Assembly (NCBI RefSeq): GCF_009914755.1
Contig: NC_060930.1
Length of the DNA stretch: 64,000 nucleotides
Reading direction: 5' to 3' (one strand)
Source of the DNA: the human T2T-CHM13v2.0 reference genome, Homo sapiens
Under the pieces are notes generated by a model. The model was not told the origin of the DNA. It saw only the letters and a program-made list of their open reading frames with translations, and searched no databases. Of the stretch, positions 1-13,504 are shown piece after piece. The translations under genes and the position numbers were made by a program. Position 1 is the stretch's first letter. Each line of letters opens with the position of its first letter.

Positions 1-567
1 GGCTTCTCATCCTCGTCTTGTTTGCTGGGCCTGGCTTTTCAGTCTTCTTGCAGGACTTTAATGAGCAGGGAATTATTCACAATTAATGACAGCCAATCAC
101 TACAGTGGGGAATATACACTTATAAAATTATGACAAATAGCCACACCATGTGATCAGAGTAGACAAATTACACCATAAGCAGAAAGTAGTTATGGTTGAT
201 TGGAGCAATTAAATGTTTTCTTTTTTAAAAAACTCCAGTGAGAATATTTTAGAAAATGGCTTTTTAATCATCTGTAGAACTGTTAAAATTATTGTCTCCT
301 AATAGTTGTAAAGTACACCATGTTTAGAATTCACTGTAATCCCTTTGCATAGCCATGGGATTCTTCCCCCAGAAACCTGTTTACTTGAAACTTATTTTTA
401 ATCACAGACTCAACATCAACTCATTCCCATTCTGAAGGAAATGCCAATAATTTTCTAAGATTAGAAAAGAAGACACTGGGCTTCCACGAATGAGTAAGAA
501 CTATGCAGTCTGCGTAGCCAGATTAGGGAAAACAAAATTCTAAACAAATATGCTTGTTATCTTACAG

Positions 568-634
568 CTGGACTCTCCCCACCAGATCAGAACTTGGTCA
601 GATGCTGGAAGGCGTCCTAATGACCTCCTAAAAA
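568..634 (+). other. candidate internal exon of a plus-strand transcript
   Basis: Acceptor tgcttgttatcttacAG (ends 567) and weak donor AAA|GTAACT (635). One frame is open across it: LDSPHQIRTWSDAGRRPNDLLK. Confidence 0.25.
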
Positions 635-1341
635 GTAACTAGGTTACTCTCCAGGGCCACTATGGAATGGAAGCCAAGGAAGCCACCTGGTTTCACTGAG
701 AATGGATTGTGGAACCTGGGAAACCTGTGAGAAAAGGAGGCTAATGAAGAGAAGATGTTCACATTGACTTCTGATTTTTTCTTTCTTTCTTTGTTGGGGA
801 GTGGGAAGAAGACAGGGCAGGAAGTGCTAAGGCCATCAACAGGTAGGGCCAAGGGGAAATCTGTTGTCTCACTAGGGCCCAGGAAAAATGTCTGACCTCT
901 ACAGAGATTGGGCCATTTCATCTTTTCTGCTCAGCTTTGCGATTTGGGAAAGCTTAGGGAATGTGCCTGAATGGATCCCATAGCCTCGGAGGAACGTCAG
1001 GAGACATGGAGAAGCAGAACATAGCTAGGCAATAGGTACGCATGCCCAGTAAGTACCTAGTAAGAGAGAGGGAAAGCACCCGGCGGATGCAGATTGGATT
1101 CTGACCCTGGATGTGCCAGTCCCACGGACATTCAGACACAATGATTAGGGTTTTGCAAAAGTCCTGGGTATCTTCATTAACAAAGGAAGGCACACATACA
1201 GCAATATTGTTAGCTCAACCGTGTCAGCAATATCTTTTTCATAGCAACGGGCTGATAAGCTTGGATATTATTTGCTTTTTGTTGGTTTTATAAGTTAAAA
1301 TTTGAGAAACTTTTTATAACAATATATATTTTTTCTTGTAG

Positions 1342-1386
1342 AGCTTGGAAGTCTCCCTGAAAATGCTGAATGAAGAAATTTGACTT
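1342..1386 (+). other. candidate 45-nt penultimate exon containing a stop codon
   Basis: Strong acceptor ttttttcttgtAG (ends 1341) and donor CTT|GTGAGT (1387). All three frames stop inside the exon. Confidence 0.35.
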
Positions 1387-1494
1387 GTGAGTACAAACAT
1401 GCGCTACAGGACTTTATATTAGAATTTTGGCCACAACAGGCAATTGCCTTCTGAAGTACCCAGTCTAGTCAAGTATCTAATAAAAGCTTGATTT

Positions 1495-1690
1495 CTTTGA
1501 GGACATACTAAGTGATAGGCACAGTGTTTTCCTTGTGCTAACACATTTAACCTCTGCAACAACTGTTTTCACAATAGCTTACAAAATAAGAAAACTACGG
1601 CTCAGAGAGATAAAGTGAGTTGGTTGTGATTAGAAAATCAAATATTAGATAGCACCTAGACTGAAACAAGTTCTATCTGATTACAATATC
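1495..1690 (-). mobile_element. MIR SINE fragment
   Basis: Degenerate MIR core (aaaataagaaaactacggctcagagagataaagtgagttgg). Confidence 0.6.
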
Positions 1691-2074
1691 CAATTTGTAA
1701 TAAGAAGATATTTCTTCTGGCCTGGTATAATAATATCTTTTTTATTTAGGGATAAAATATTACCACAGATGTAAAATATAAGGGGAAAAAGACACTTAAT
1801 TTTACATTAACCGTGAACTCAAAAAAATTTTTAAAAATTTCATTGTCTTACCATTATAATAGTTTTTTTTAAAATTATACAATTGTTATTTAAACTAGGG
1901 TAATGTGCTTTTCTAGATCTTTCATATATACCAACCAGGTTGATTCAACTTTATAGTCACTCTTTAATATGGATTTTCATAATTTCATTTACCTCTTATG
2001 GCACCACCGTAGTGGTTGTCTTATTTATTTATTTAATTAAAGTGGTACTAACAGAAGAATCTCACTTCTGTTTA

Positions 2075-2453
<379 letters not shown>

Positions 2454-3371
2454 CTATATGATCACAGGAAGATAAAGCTTCTCAAATACCCTTGGACACA
2501 CAGCCACTCCCTCCCCACCAACCCCTACCTGAAATAACACAGCTTCTGGGGAAAATCTATAGTGGGTTCATCATGAAAGATCCTTCTTCCTGGATTTTCA
2601 GGTACTGCTTTCCTTGTCTAGGCAATAGGGCTTGAAGAGATGTGTTTGTTGTAGAGTTAACAACCTTTCTCAGATGCATGAAAAGAAGCTGTTTATTTCA
2701 CCCAAGATATGTCAGTATATAATCACCTTAGGAAAGCCAATTTTCCTTATGGAATGAACATCAAGTTTCATGACTTAAAATTCACACAGTTCTGTCTGTA
2801 AAGACTAGGCAGTAAGGATTCTAGCCAACTGCTATAGATTACACAGGCTTGTTCCTTATCCCTGTGATGGTTCCTTTACTTTTCAGCATCCTTATAGCCT
2901 GCAGGTTTCTAAATTGAGCCTGGGTCTTCATGTTATGTATAAATAGTAAGGCATCCATTTAGCCAGATTCAAGTGGTCTATGGCTTGAGGCAGAACGAGA
3001 AAAATTTCCAGAACAAATAACTTCTACCATACTGAATAAAGATACTTGATCAAATTAACTAAAGGTAATTCTGTTATCCACTGAAAACCCGGGTATCTAA
3101 ACCTGGGAGAGGTCCTGCTGCTAAGACGCCAAAACTTGAAATTTATAAAACAGCAAATGACTAAATATTCTGTAGATCCACAGCGCTATTTCCCAGTTCT
3201 CATTTACATATTTAATTGTTTCCAATAAGACCTCTTTGCAGCAGAAATAGAAAGACAATGTGTGTGAGTGCACTGATGTGTGGCATCATCTGAAATCCAT
3301 ACAGGATCTTTGTTTACCTGCTGTGCTTAATTTCAGTATACATTTCTATGATTAATTTTGTTTTTCTTCAG

Positions 3372-3445
3372 TACATCAAACTGTTCTAAGTCATTTGTGT
3401 CTGGCATTTTATGCTGTAGATTAAAGTGGACTATTGATTCCTAAG
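3372..3445 (+). other. candidate short terminal exon with ATTAAA poly(A) signal
   Basis: Acceptor ttaattttgtttttcttcAG (ends 3371); ATTAAA at 3420-3425; 3' end approximate. Confidence 0.3.
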
Positions 3446-3499
3446 AATCGAGCTGTCTTTGAATCCGAATTCTAGATGATCACAGAGGACCACAGAGCC

Positions 3500-4305
3500 T
3501 GATGCTTCACCTGGGATTAACACTCACTCACACCCACACCCAGAATCCCTCAAGAGAATTCAGGGAATCTGTGAGCCTGGATGGGAAAAATCACTTGATT
3601 TTTTTTCTAGTAACTAATGGAAATTTTTAGCATTTCCTTTCATTCTTAATATGGCCAGAAAACATGGTAGTATAATCAGTACTTACAATTTTGTCACCAG
3701 AAGAAATTGCAGGTGTTTGTCATATCGCATTATTGCACATATCCTCGAATATGATTTCTGTCCATCTCTCATCACCCCTCTGTCATTGTGGTAGTTATTA
3801 GATCCACCACGTGATCTCATTAAGACAGTGTGTGCCTTATTCTACAAATTCCTTTACACTTTGGTAACTTTAATACAATCAGTTTCCTTTGTACTCTTTT
3901 AAGTATTTTATTTTGTACATTCAAAAACGTTATTCTGGCCAGGTGCGTTGGCTTACACCTGTAATCCCAGCACTTTGGGAGGCCGAGACAGGCAGATCAC
4001 CTGAGGCCAGGAGTTTGAGACCAGCCTGGCCAACACAGCGAAACCCCCCTCTACTAAAAGTACAAAAAATTAACCAGGCATAGTGGCAGGCACCTGCAAT
4101 CCCAGCTACTTGGGAGGCTGAGGCGAGAATATCGCTTGAACCTGGGAGACGGAGGCTGCAGTGAGCCTAGATCGCGTCATTGTACTCCAGCCTGGGCAAC
4201 AAGAGTGAAACTCTGTCTCCAAAAAAAATGTTCTGCAAGTAGATCTATAGACTTCAACAGATTGCCGAAGAAATCTGTGACTCAAGAAGAGTTAAAAACC
4301 CTTAC
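3500..4305. mobile_element. hAT-Charlie DNA transposon remnant (Charlie4a/MER113-like), interrupted by an Alu
   Basis: gaattcagggaatctgtgagcctggatgggaaaaa ... ggtagttattagatcc ... aaaaacgttattct[Alu]...tatagacttcaacagattgcc...gttaaaaaccc matches the remembered consensus on both sides of the Alu. Confidence 0.7.
3937..4228 (+). mobile_element. AluS, full length
   Basis: Complete dimer, short A tail, degenerate TSD aaaaacgttattct / aaaaatgttct. Confidence 0.96.
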
Positions 4306-4494
4306 TCCGGGTTACATAAAAAATTTACGTCACTATAAAGTTTTAGTATCAAAATGGAAAAAATATTTTCCCTTTCTATTCTGCATAGCTTTTAGCACAT
4401 CAGGGCTTCATTAAAACTCATTACTAAACCTATATTTTTTCCATAGGATATCTTCATATTTCTATAAAATGTTTCTGTAAACATCATTTTATGA

Positions 4495-4850
4495 GAACTA
4501 GTTGAGCACCCAGTATGTGTTTGCTCTCAAGCAAAGGGCTGAGAAAAGTGCAAAAGTAATGTAATTCATGGTCTCTGCTCTCAAAGACACTGCAATCAAG
4601 CTGAGTGGACCAGGCTATGACTGACAAAACAACTGGAGAAGAAGCATGTTCAAAATACTCAGGTGCTAACAATAAGTGCAAAAGAAGAGTTCAGAAAAAT
4701 TAAAAGACATGTGAATGGATGCTGGACGCTGCAAAAGCTTGCATGGAGTGCTGAGGCTTGTGCTGGGAACTAAGGAATGGATAGACTTCCAGTAGCCAGA
4801 GGAGACAGAGCCCTCAGAACAGCATAAAGACAACGGTCAGAGGTTGGATA
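4495..4850 (-). mobile_element. L2 LINE 3' fragment
   Basis: gttgagcacccagtatgtg ... catggtctctgctctcaaag pattern typical of an antisense L2 3' end. Confidence 0.55.
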
Positions 4851-4944
4851 GGAATAGTCATACTCTGTGTCCTCATCCTGCTTTATTTTTCTTCATAGCT
4901 CTTAAAACAACCAGGTATACTTGTATCTAATTATAATATGTCTC

Positions 4945-5060
4945 CAACTGAGATGTATGATCAGGAACTTTGTTTCCCTCACTGGTGTAGGTACAACACA
5001 AAGGAATAGTGCCAGCTGGTACGTAGTAGATGCTTGATAAACATTTGTTGAAGGAAGAAA
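4945..5060 (+). mobile_element. L2 LINE 3' tip
   Basis: ctggtacgtagtagatgcttgataaacatttgttgaagg resembles the L2 terminus. Confidence 0.55.
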
Positions 5061-8000
5061 TAAGCAAGAAAAAATAAGAGAAGAAGAGACAAAGAGAAGG
5101 AGGGAAGATATGACAAAGAGAAGGAGGCGGTGAATGTGTGGGCTGAGAAAACTGAAGAGAACTGTCTGAATAGAGCAAGACGTGTGTGCTAGAGAAGGTG
5201 AAAATACATACGGAGTGGTTAATACTAACCACACCCGTAAGAGAAGTAATCTTTACAACCAGTAACCAGGAGCTAATCTAAGTAAAGGAGCTATAAGGCA
5301 TTCTATGTAATGAGCTCATTTAGAGCAAAGTACCTAATTTAGGCCTGAAAACATAGCAGGGACTCAAGAAATGTCAGTTCTTACTTCTTGTTATTTACAT
5401 GTTTAAGTTTTAAGGCTAGATAGCTCAAGCCTCGCTTTAATTGTAAGAAGTGTGTCATGACATTTGTTTATAAATTTTTTAAGAAATTGAGATAAAAGTC
5501 CTTTACTCTAGAAAATCTTTACCATATAGAGTCTTCATATCTGGCTTATTCTGTTATGTCGCACACTGGTTTATAGAGTTTCTTAGGTTCGTATAGTGGC
5601 TCGTGCAATACTTTATTGACTACTTATAAAGACAGTAAGACCCAGGCATAATATTTAGCTCTTCTTAAGGTGAGAAATTCAATTTGATAAAATGTTGGAG
5701 TTGTAGAACTCTTGGATATTATCCAATCCAATCCCTTAAATTAAAACAAACAAAAATTTAGGGAGACTAATGTTTATCTAACTAGAACATAACTTCCCTG
5801 GTTCACAGAACTGCTTCTTCTGCCACATTCTCTGCCAGTAGTATCTTGAGTAAACTTTCACCAGTGTTACCGCAAAGTGTCACTATTTTAGCTACTCATT
5901 TAAGTGCCTGACACGTATACTGTAAATGTCAATTAATATTTTTAAATGAAAGAAAGAAAGAAGAAAGAAGGAGGAATAAATAAATGGATTACCTTTGCCA
6001 TTTGTTGGTGTAAGATCATCCATCAATTCTACTATAGAATTTGTCATCTCTCATGTAAGTGCTTGTGGTCACAGGAGCTAGCAATAACTGTTTTTCACAC
6101 ATTATAAGGAAGAGAATTTTATTATTTTATTTTTGAATTTAAAGAGATTAAAAGTTTAACTTTATAAATATGTATCATTAAACCCCTCTTATAATTAAGA
6201 AATAGAAGGAATAGAGTGAAAATGAATAATGGTTTGGTATAAGAGAAAGGTCATATAATTTGAACTTTAAAAGATTCAAATGTATGTATTAGCTCCATTT
6301 CTTTTACCCCATTCTCCCCAGTTTTGTTACCATAGAAAAGGCACAACGCTAACCTGTTCACTACCTGTGACACAGAATTGTTTTGAGGCTTGAATGAGCT
6401 AACGCTTGGGGAAGTATTTAAAGTGGGGCATGCCACACATATGAAGAGTAGTTGTTGTTGCTTCCCGTAATTTCCCGAGGTACCAAATAATGACCCTGGG
6501 CTATGTATAAAGATTAACCTTGTATCTGGCAGAATTACATAAATAACTGTCATTCGCTAGACTCTGGGACACTGACCTAAAGTTAATTATTTGTACTGTT
6601 CTCTAATAGGGACTTAACATCTCACCCAAGTCACCTTTCTGGTCTCTTGATGAACTATATAACGGAAATTATTAATGATGGCAAGATAAAAGAGTTTAGA
6701 ATTAATTCTAAAACTTGAAAACTTGGACCAAAAGCAAAATTCCAATATGTGAGTATAAGGAGTTGCAAACCTAGGATTTTCTTCAAAGAGAGCATGCATA
6801 TGTTTTATATGTTACTATTTCATCATCTCCAGTCCTGACAATGCAGGATTTGGGACTTGAAAACCAAAACAGGGCAGGATGTGTGGATAGGAATTGTCTG
6901 TAAGTGCCAACATCTTAAACTACTCTATCAGAAGAAGCCACAGCATCTCAGTCCAGCTTCTACCTTTCATCATGTCAACTCTTTACGCACGTGCGCAGGC
7001 GCCCATGCGCATGTGTGGAAATAGCTTTGGAAAAATTTACAACTGCCGGTCCTCTGATGAATGAAGGCATTAGAGTAGCAGATGTAGAGTATAGAGTTAG
7101 AAAGTGAAAAGCTAAGCAGTGCCTTGGAGCACCAGGAAATCGGACCAACATGGTGGAAGCCATCAAGGTGCCTGGGCTATGAATGTTTTAATGTGCGTAA
7201 AGCACTTTGATAGCTGCCTGGAAAAAAAAAAAAAAGGAAAGAAAGAAAGAAAACATATAATGTTTGCAAGAGTTTCCCAAAATCCTCACTGAAATAACTC
7301 CAGCAGCTAACAAATGGGGAAAGGACCAGTGGCCATCACTGGTGTGGATAGAAGCGCTAAACGTCTGTGGCAAATAGCACCGTAAGTGAGAGGTGTCAGG
7401 TGCAGTGCGGGGCCACAGCACAGACCAAGAGCGAACCCAGAGGAGGCTGCTCTTCTCTTGGGGTCATGGACCATCCAGAAACAACCCTTTCTCTACCTCA
7501 ACCTTCTTTAATGTTGCCGGAGACTTTTGCCCTCGGAGCTCAGATATTCTTCAGTTCTGACCCCTCAATTTGCAACTTTGGCTTTCACAAGTAATCTGTT
7601 ATACAAGATAGAAAAGCGGAATTCCTGTGCCTGCCCATAAAATGCTTGTCTTACATTTAGAGAAGACTTAACCCAAGACCCTGAAGAGAGAAAGGGTAGT
7701 TTCTTTCTGATAGTATAGGTCCCTGGGTGCAACAGAGGAAATAGAGATACAGTGCTTACCATGGCTCAGACATCATTCCTTATATAAGGGAGCAGCCGCT
7801 TCTGCTCAGAAGATCTATTAGTTTCTCCCTGTTTGCCAGTTCAAACTGTGTCCTCACTTAAGGGGAGCTTGCTTGTAAATTAGTATTATTGTTCACTTAG
7901 GGAATTAGCTAAGTAAATGTAAATGGAAATCTATCATTACTTCTAGGGAGGATATTACTCGAACCCCAAACATGAATGGTGTAGACCCTTTATGTCTAGG

Positions 8001-9041
8001 GAATAACACATATACATTCTTATGTAGCCATTTGACCTACATACCAAAGAAAGGACCAGTTATTAAGGAGGTGAATGTCTCAAGACCTTGCTCTATTTTA
8101 ATGAAGCTGACTCTGTCTGTAATCTAACCACATTTTTCTTCCAATGCATGGATTAGAACAGAAAGATATGTAAACTAATTCTTATTTCTTAGGAAGGTAA
8201 ACATTTAAAAAGAACCCAAACCATTTTCTCGGTATTTTTTGAAAAGCACATGCTGTTAAAATTCAAGACAATAACTTTAATGCTTCATCCCGTAGGTTTG
8301 TTTCTAAGCAATTAATTTGCTATCATGTTTTGGGGGAACTTGTCAAGTTCTAATTTTTTCTTCTTTCTCCCATATCTGCAAAGTATGCATACATTTGAAT
8401 TATGACTTTCCTACAGGAACTAACAGCTGTATGTGCAAATCATGCATATAAATCAATTACCAAGGCCTATGTACTATAAATGCACCCATTAATTAAGCAA
8501 TGTCAGATGCTATGAACCATGAAGTTCATTACATCTTTAGCATTCAAAACCAAGGATTATTTGAAGAAGAAATACTAAGTTTACCTAATAGCTAATGAAA
8601 TTAAGCCAGGTTGTTGCCAACATTCTTATTTTATGCCTAATTCAGTGTTTAAATGTTTATGAATAAAACACTAACTGCTGAAAGCAGATATGTTGAAATG
8701 TAATTACTGGTAAGTTATAACGCACTTGAGAACTCATTATACCAGACTTGGGAGTTTTAAGATCACCAGTGTAACACACTCTCCAAAAACACAGAGTTTT
8801 TATGGGCTAAAAGCTGGAAAGACATAAATGCTGTTGAATTTGTCCTGGCTGAGTGGAAATTTTGATGATCGTGGCGGTATGATTTATGAGTATAACATTT
8901 TCCAGTCATTACGTGGTTGCATTTCAGCATTGTGACATGATTTGCATATGTGAATATCCCAGCAAATTAGCTTCTGATGACTGCTGCATCTGCCTGGATA
9001 AAGAAGCCCTTATCTTAAAACCAATGCAGCTGCTACTACTA

Positions 9042-9042
<1 letters not shown>

Positions 9043-9072
<30 letters not shown>
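9043..9072 (+). repeat. poly(A)30 tract
   Basis: Uninterrupted A run with no recognisable Alu or L1 body upstream. Confidence 0.95.
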
Positions 9073-9074
<2 letters not shown>

Positions 9075-10260
9075 CTGCTTGGAACAGAAATGTTCAGTCC
9101 TGCTTCCCTTTGAAATCTATAGTCAGTGACTTGACACACATGGGTTCAATTTCAGGGATAAATACATGCTTGAAATGACTAGGTTTACACATCTGTAGAC
9201 ATTTTAACATCCCTTAAGTTGTCTGCCTCACAAAGACTTCCTGGATGGTTCAGAGAAGCCTGACACCTTTTCCCATACCCCTTTGTCTGGGCTTGGAAAT
9301 CCCATGGCTCTCTTGCGGTCTGCCCCCAATAAATTGCTTCTCCTAGCCTCCTATATATAAACCATACTTACTTGCGACCTAAAGTATCCTAACTTGTGTT
9401 AACATATCCTTGCGCGTGTGTTTTCTATGGGTCTACACGTGTGATACCTGTATTCCTAGCCGCTACTCTATCTCTAAGAACTGTTTACCTCTGTGAGTTA
9501 AATAAAATGCTGTTCCTCAATTACAGAATCGTGGAAAGTAAAATATTTTATTTCACACATAAGTTTGAGTTTTCTAAGTCTTGCATTTCACAAATGCAAT
9601 CAGATTGTTTTACACTGAAATCATTTCAATCATCCAGAAGAAGCTAAGGACACAAACAATTTTGGGAAATAAAGTATATCGAAAAGTGATTTGGTAAGTT
9701 TTTCTTCCCTGTTTTATTGGTTAAGTGTGGCTTTCTTTGGGCTGTAAATACCTTACTATATCTTCTCCAGCTTGATACCATTATGCGTATTGCTTATATT
9801 TTCCAGACAGAAGCTTCACCCTTTCCTTCCTTATTTTCTTTCTCCAAGAATATATTTTAAGTAATTTTGGTTTTTTCATTTTTAACATTGTTTATAAATG
9901 TTTGCTCGCTCTTGGCTTTACCAATTTTGCTTTAATTCTTAGAAGCTTGCATCATACTGTTGTTTCATCACTCTTGGTATAGTATCTCTCTATTTTCTAG
10001 AAACGTCCTTTAACATCTGAACTTATCACAGAATCTTGGTATGTACGTAGAATGATTTTAACAGAGTCTCCAATTTTATGTCATGAGATGTACTTCAAAC
10101 TGTAGAAATATTAGTCGATTTAAAGTGTCCCACTATTTTTGAGTTTCATCCTTTTCGGGGTTTCTGCCAACAGAATTATATTTAATTTTAATCTGAGAAT
10201 TTTAAAATCTACTTTCAAAACATTGGGTCACATGTTGACTCAACCCATCATTAAACTCAT

Positions 10261-10562
<302 letters not shown>

Positions 10563-10944
10563 ATTTATTCTTAATTCCAGAAGAAATTGGGGAGCATGTT
10601 GACTCAACCCGTCATTAAACTCATTTATTCTTAATTCCAGAGAATAATCACGTTTTCCCCGTGATTTTCATTTCCTCTGTGTCACTCCCCAGTCTTTTTT
10701 TCATGGAAGAAATTCAAACAAGCCACAGCTGTTGTATTCTTTCTACATTTATAAACAATCAATATACAGTAAAGGCAATTGAGAATTTATTAGATGCTCA
10801 CAGTCTTACAATTCTTGAAGTTGGGTTGAAGTGTATCAGCATATCTTTAGGCCCATTTGGTAATTAGAAAGCAGATTCCAGATCCTCTTTCTGCCTGCAT
10901 GATTAATCTTGATCTTCACAGTGTCATCAGTTCTTTTCTCCCAT

Positions 10945-11480
10945 TTTGTGTCATCCTAATCACCTTAGGCTCCATTCACCTGAATGCTGAGCCTGTGACA
11001 AGTCTGGCATGTAATCCCTGTAAGCAGGCATGTCAAACAGGGGAATGAAAGACAAGGTAGGGAAAACCACTAGAGGGATGCATTAACAATGTGACTATGG
11101 CTGGTGTTTAATCCTGCAAGGACCTACTGAAGAGGCTTAAAATGTGCCTCAGAACTGTCTGCCTGGAGATGAAAGAAGGACACATTTATCTATCATGCTT
11201 CTTCTTTTTTTCAAGGGATGCTCCCAGATAGTAACTTTCTAAACCTCTAGGATTCACTTGCATGACTGCCTAGCTAGTTCCTATGGAGGTCCCTTACCAT
11301 GGTACAAAGACGACCCAAGGAGGGGACCCAGGAAGTGATACGTGGTGCTGGTGGGTGGTGAGGCCCTATCTCATTGCCCCTGCGCAAAGTTGGTTGAAGC
11401 CTATCTGGAACTGGTCCTGTCCACTGTAGCTGGGGTAAAAGCTAAAGCTAAGGAGATACTGAAATTGTGTTTGAAAGCTA
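10945..11480 (-). mobile_element. old ERVL-class LTR (LTR33/LTR41-like)
   Basis: ttaatcctgcaaggacctactgaagaggcttaaaatgtgcctcagaactgtc ... catttatctatca resembles ERVL LTR consensus. Confidence 0.55.
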
Positions 11481-11726
11481 TCGGATATAGTCTATATCTT
11501 GTTCACTGAGATCAACTCATACCATACAGTGAGTCCAATCAATCACAGACTCATTTTTTAAGGGTAGGTCTGCTATAATTTCTGCAATGTCTTAGTACAA
11601 ACAGCTATAGTCCTGGCTGCTGCAGCTGGTCTTAACACCATCATACTTAACCATCTCCCTCTTCCCTGATTCCTTCGTGTTTCCCCTCATGATTGGTCAG
11701 CATTTTAATCTAAGTGTGAAGCAGGT

Positions 11727-12100
11727 GTACAGGTTACCAACTTGTTTGAGTCTTATGGAGAACACCCCCACACACAAATTACATGAAGCACATTTATTAT
11801 TTAGAGGTAGGCAGCAAGGAACGATAGAAGCCTAATATTCCTTGTGAGCTGATGCCCCACAGCTCAGGAAAGCTGCCCAGGGAGGATGGAGTCTTATTTA
11901 CAAAGTGTCCGAGGGCTTCCAGAAAGCAGCCTGTCCAGGGACTTATAGCCCAGGGGTCGTAGGGATTGCTGGGCTAATGCAGTGAAAGACATCTTGTTTC
12001 TAGGGTAGGCGGGGGAGAAAGGTGAACAGAGCCCAGGTTGTTCTGGCCAGTCCTATACTATCTTAGGATATTGCATTTCCAGCACATTCCACAGTTAATT
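11727..12100 (-). mobile_element. ERVL-class LTR (MER54/MER73/MER74 family)
   Basis: cacacacaaattacatgaagcacatttattatttagaggtaggcagcaagg ... gctcaggaaagctgcccagggaggatggagtc. Confidence 0.65.
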
Positions 12101-12101
12101 T

Positions 12102-12377
12102 TACGCCTGTAATCCCAGCACTTTGGGAGGCCGAGCAGGTGAATTGAGATCAGGAGTTCGAGACCAGCCTGGCCAACGTGGCGAAACCTTATCTCTACTA
12201 AAAATACAAATATTGGCTGGGAGTGGTGGCATGTGCCTGTACTCCCAGCTACTTGGGTGGCTGAGGCAAAGGATAACTTAAACCCAGGAGGCAGAGGTTG
12301 CAGTGAGCCAAGATTGCCCCACTGCAATCCAGCCTGGGCAACACAGTAAGATTCCATCTCAAAAAAAAAAAAAAAAA
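12102..12377 (+). mobile_element. AluS, 5'-truncated by ~17 bp
   Basis: Begins at acgcctgtaatcccagcactttggg; A17 tail. Confidence 0.95.
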
Positions 12378-13045
12378 GGAGAGAATTTGGTTGGTCAAAG
12401 ACCACCTGTAGAACTATTCTGCACTAAGTTTCTTCCTAGAGAGACGACCCAGACATTCATTAGTTAGGGCCTATGCCCTGATAAATTTGTTCCCTCCCTA
12501 AAATCCAGATCCTCTCACCTAATAAAGCCTGAGGTTGTGAAGACGGAAAGAAATTCTAAAAAGGAGTTATTGAAAGTGATGGTGAGAGGGCTTTCTGCCA
12601 CATAGTCCCTCCTGGCTTCTTTTTTCCCCAGGATTCCAAAATAGTTAAGAAAAAAATAGGCAATGCTACAGTCTTTTAAATTATAATTGATCTCATATGT
12701 TTTAAGAGACAGAGCTACCATATAACCCAGTGTTTCAACTTCTACCTATATCTATTTTACAATCCACGAATCTGCAATCTTAGTATTTGTGATGCTGAAT
12801 ATGCCAGGAGTTCACAGCACTCACTTAACACTAGCAGAAGAGTTATTATTCACATCTGATTGATGGGTCACTCAACTCCGAAATCTATACTAAGGGTCTG
12901 CTTTCTGGGAACAATTCAAATATCAATTTTTTTTAGCCTGAGTTTTCCCAAACAATGAAGGCACAGGTAGCTGTAGGCAATGGGATTCCTGGGAGCAAGC
13001 ACGTAGAGCAGGAGAAATAAAAGGGAATGAATGAAAACAAACACA

Positions 13046-13215
13046 AGATTAAATGGGCCTGGTGGTACAGGCCTGCAGTCCCAGCTACTCGGGGCGCTGA
13101 ACTGGGAGGATGGCTTGAGCCCCAGGAATTCGAGGCTGCAATGAGCTGTGATCATGCCACCACACTCTAGCATGGGCAACAGAGCAAGACCCTGTCTCAA
13201 AAAAAGAAAAAAAAA
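13046..13215 (+). mobile_element. Alu right monomer (FRAM/AluJ)
   Basis: gggaggatggcttgagccccaggaattcgaggctgcaatgagctgtgatc J-type right arm; A-rich tail. Confidence 0.9.
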
Positions 13216-13504
13216 TCACACAAAACAAAACAATGAAAGCCAACACAAGAATGTATTATCAAGTTGTCCACCATTAATGGCAACTGTGCTTCATCTACAG
13301 GAACCTTCTGAAGAGACTTATGATGTGTGTTGCAGAACTGTTCACCGGGGATCAAACTCATGTAGGAAGCATTTAACCATGGATTCTCATTAATCCCTTG
13401 GTGAAGGGTGGCTTCCAGGGCAGTGAGTTCCCCATATATTCCAGTGTAATCATTGGTGACTGTAAAGGAGTTTCATGTGGATATCCTCAGCAGTAGAATT
13501 TAAA

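Larger units (their letters stand above)
11480..13500 (-). mobile_element. ERVL internal-region remnant, interrupted by another LTR and two Alus
   Basis: Reverse strand near 12500-12620 (gccctctcaccatcactttcaataactcctttttagaatttctttccgtcttcacaacctcaggcttt) resembles ERVL-int 3' region; no intact ORF. Confidence 0.45.
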
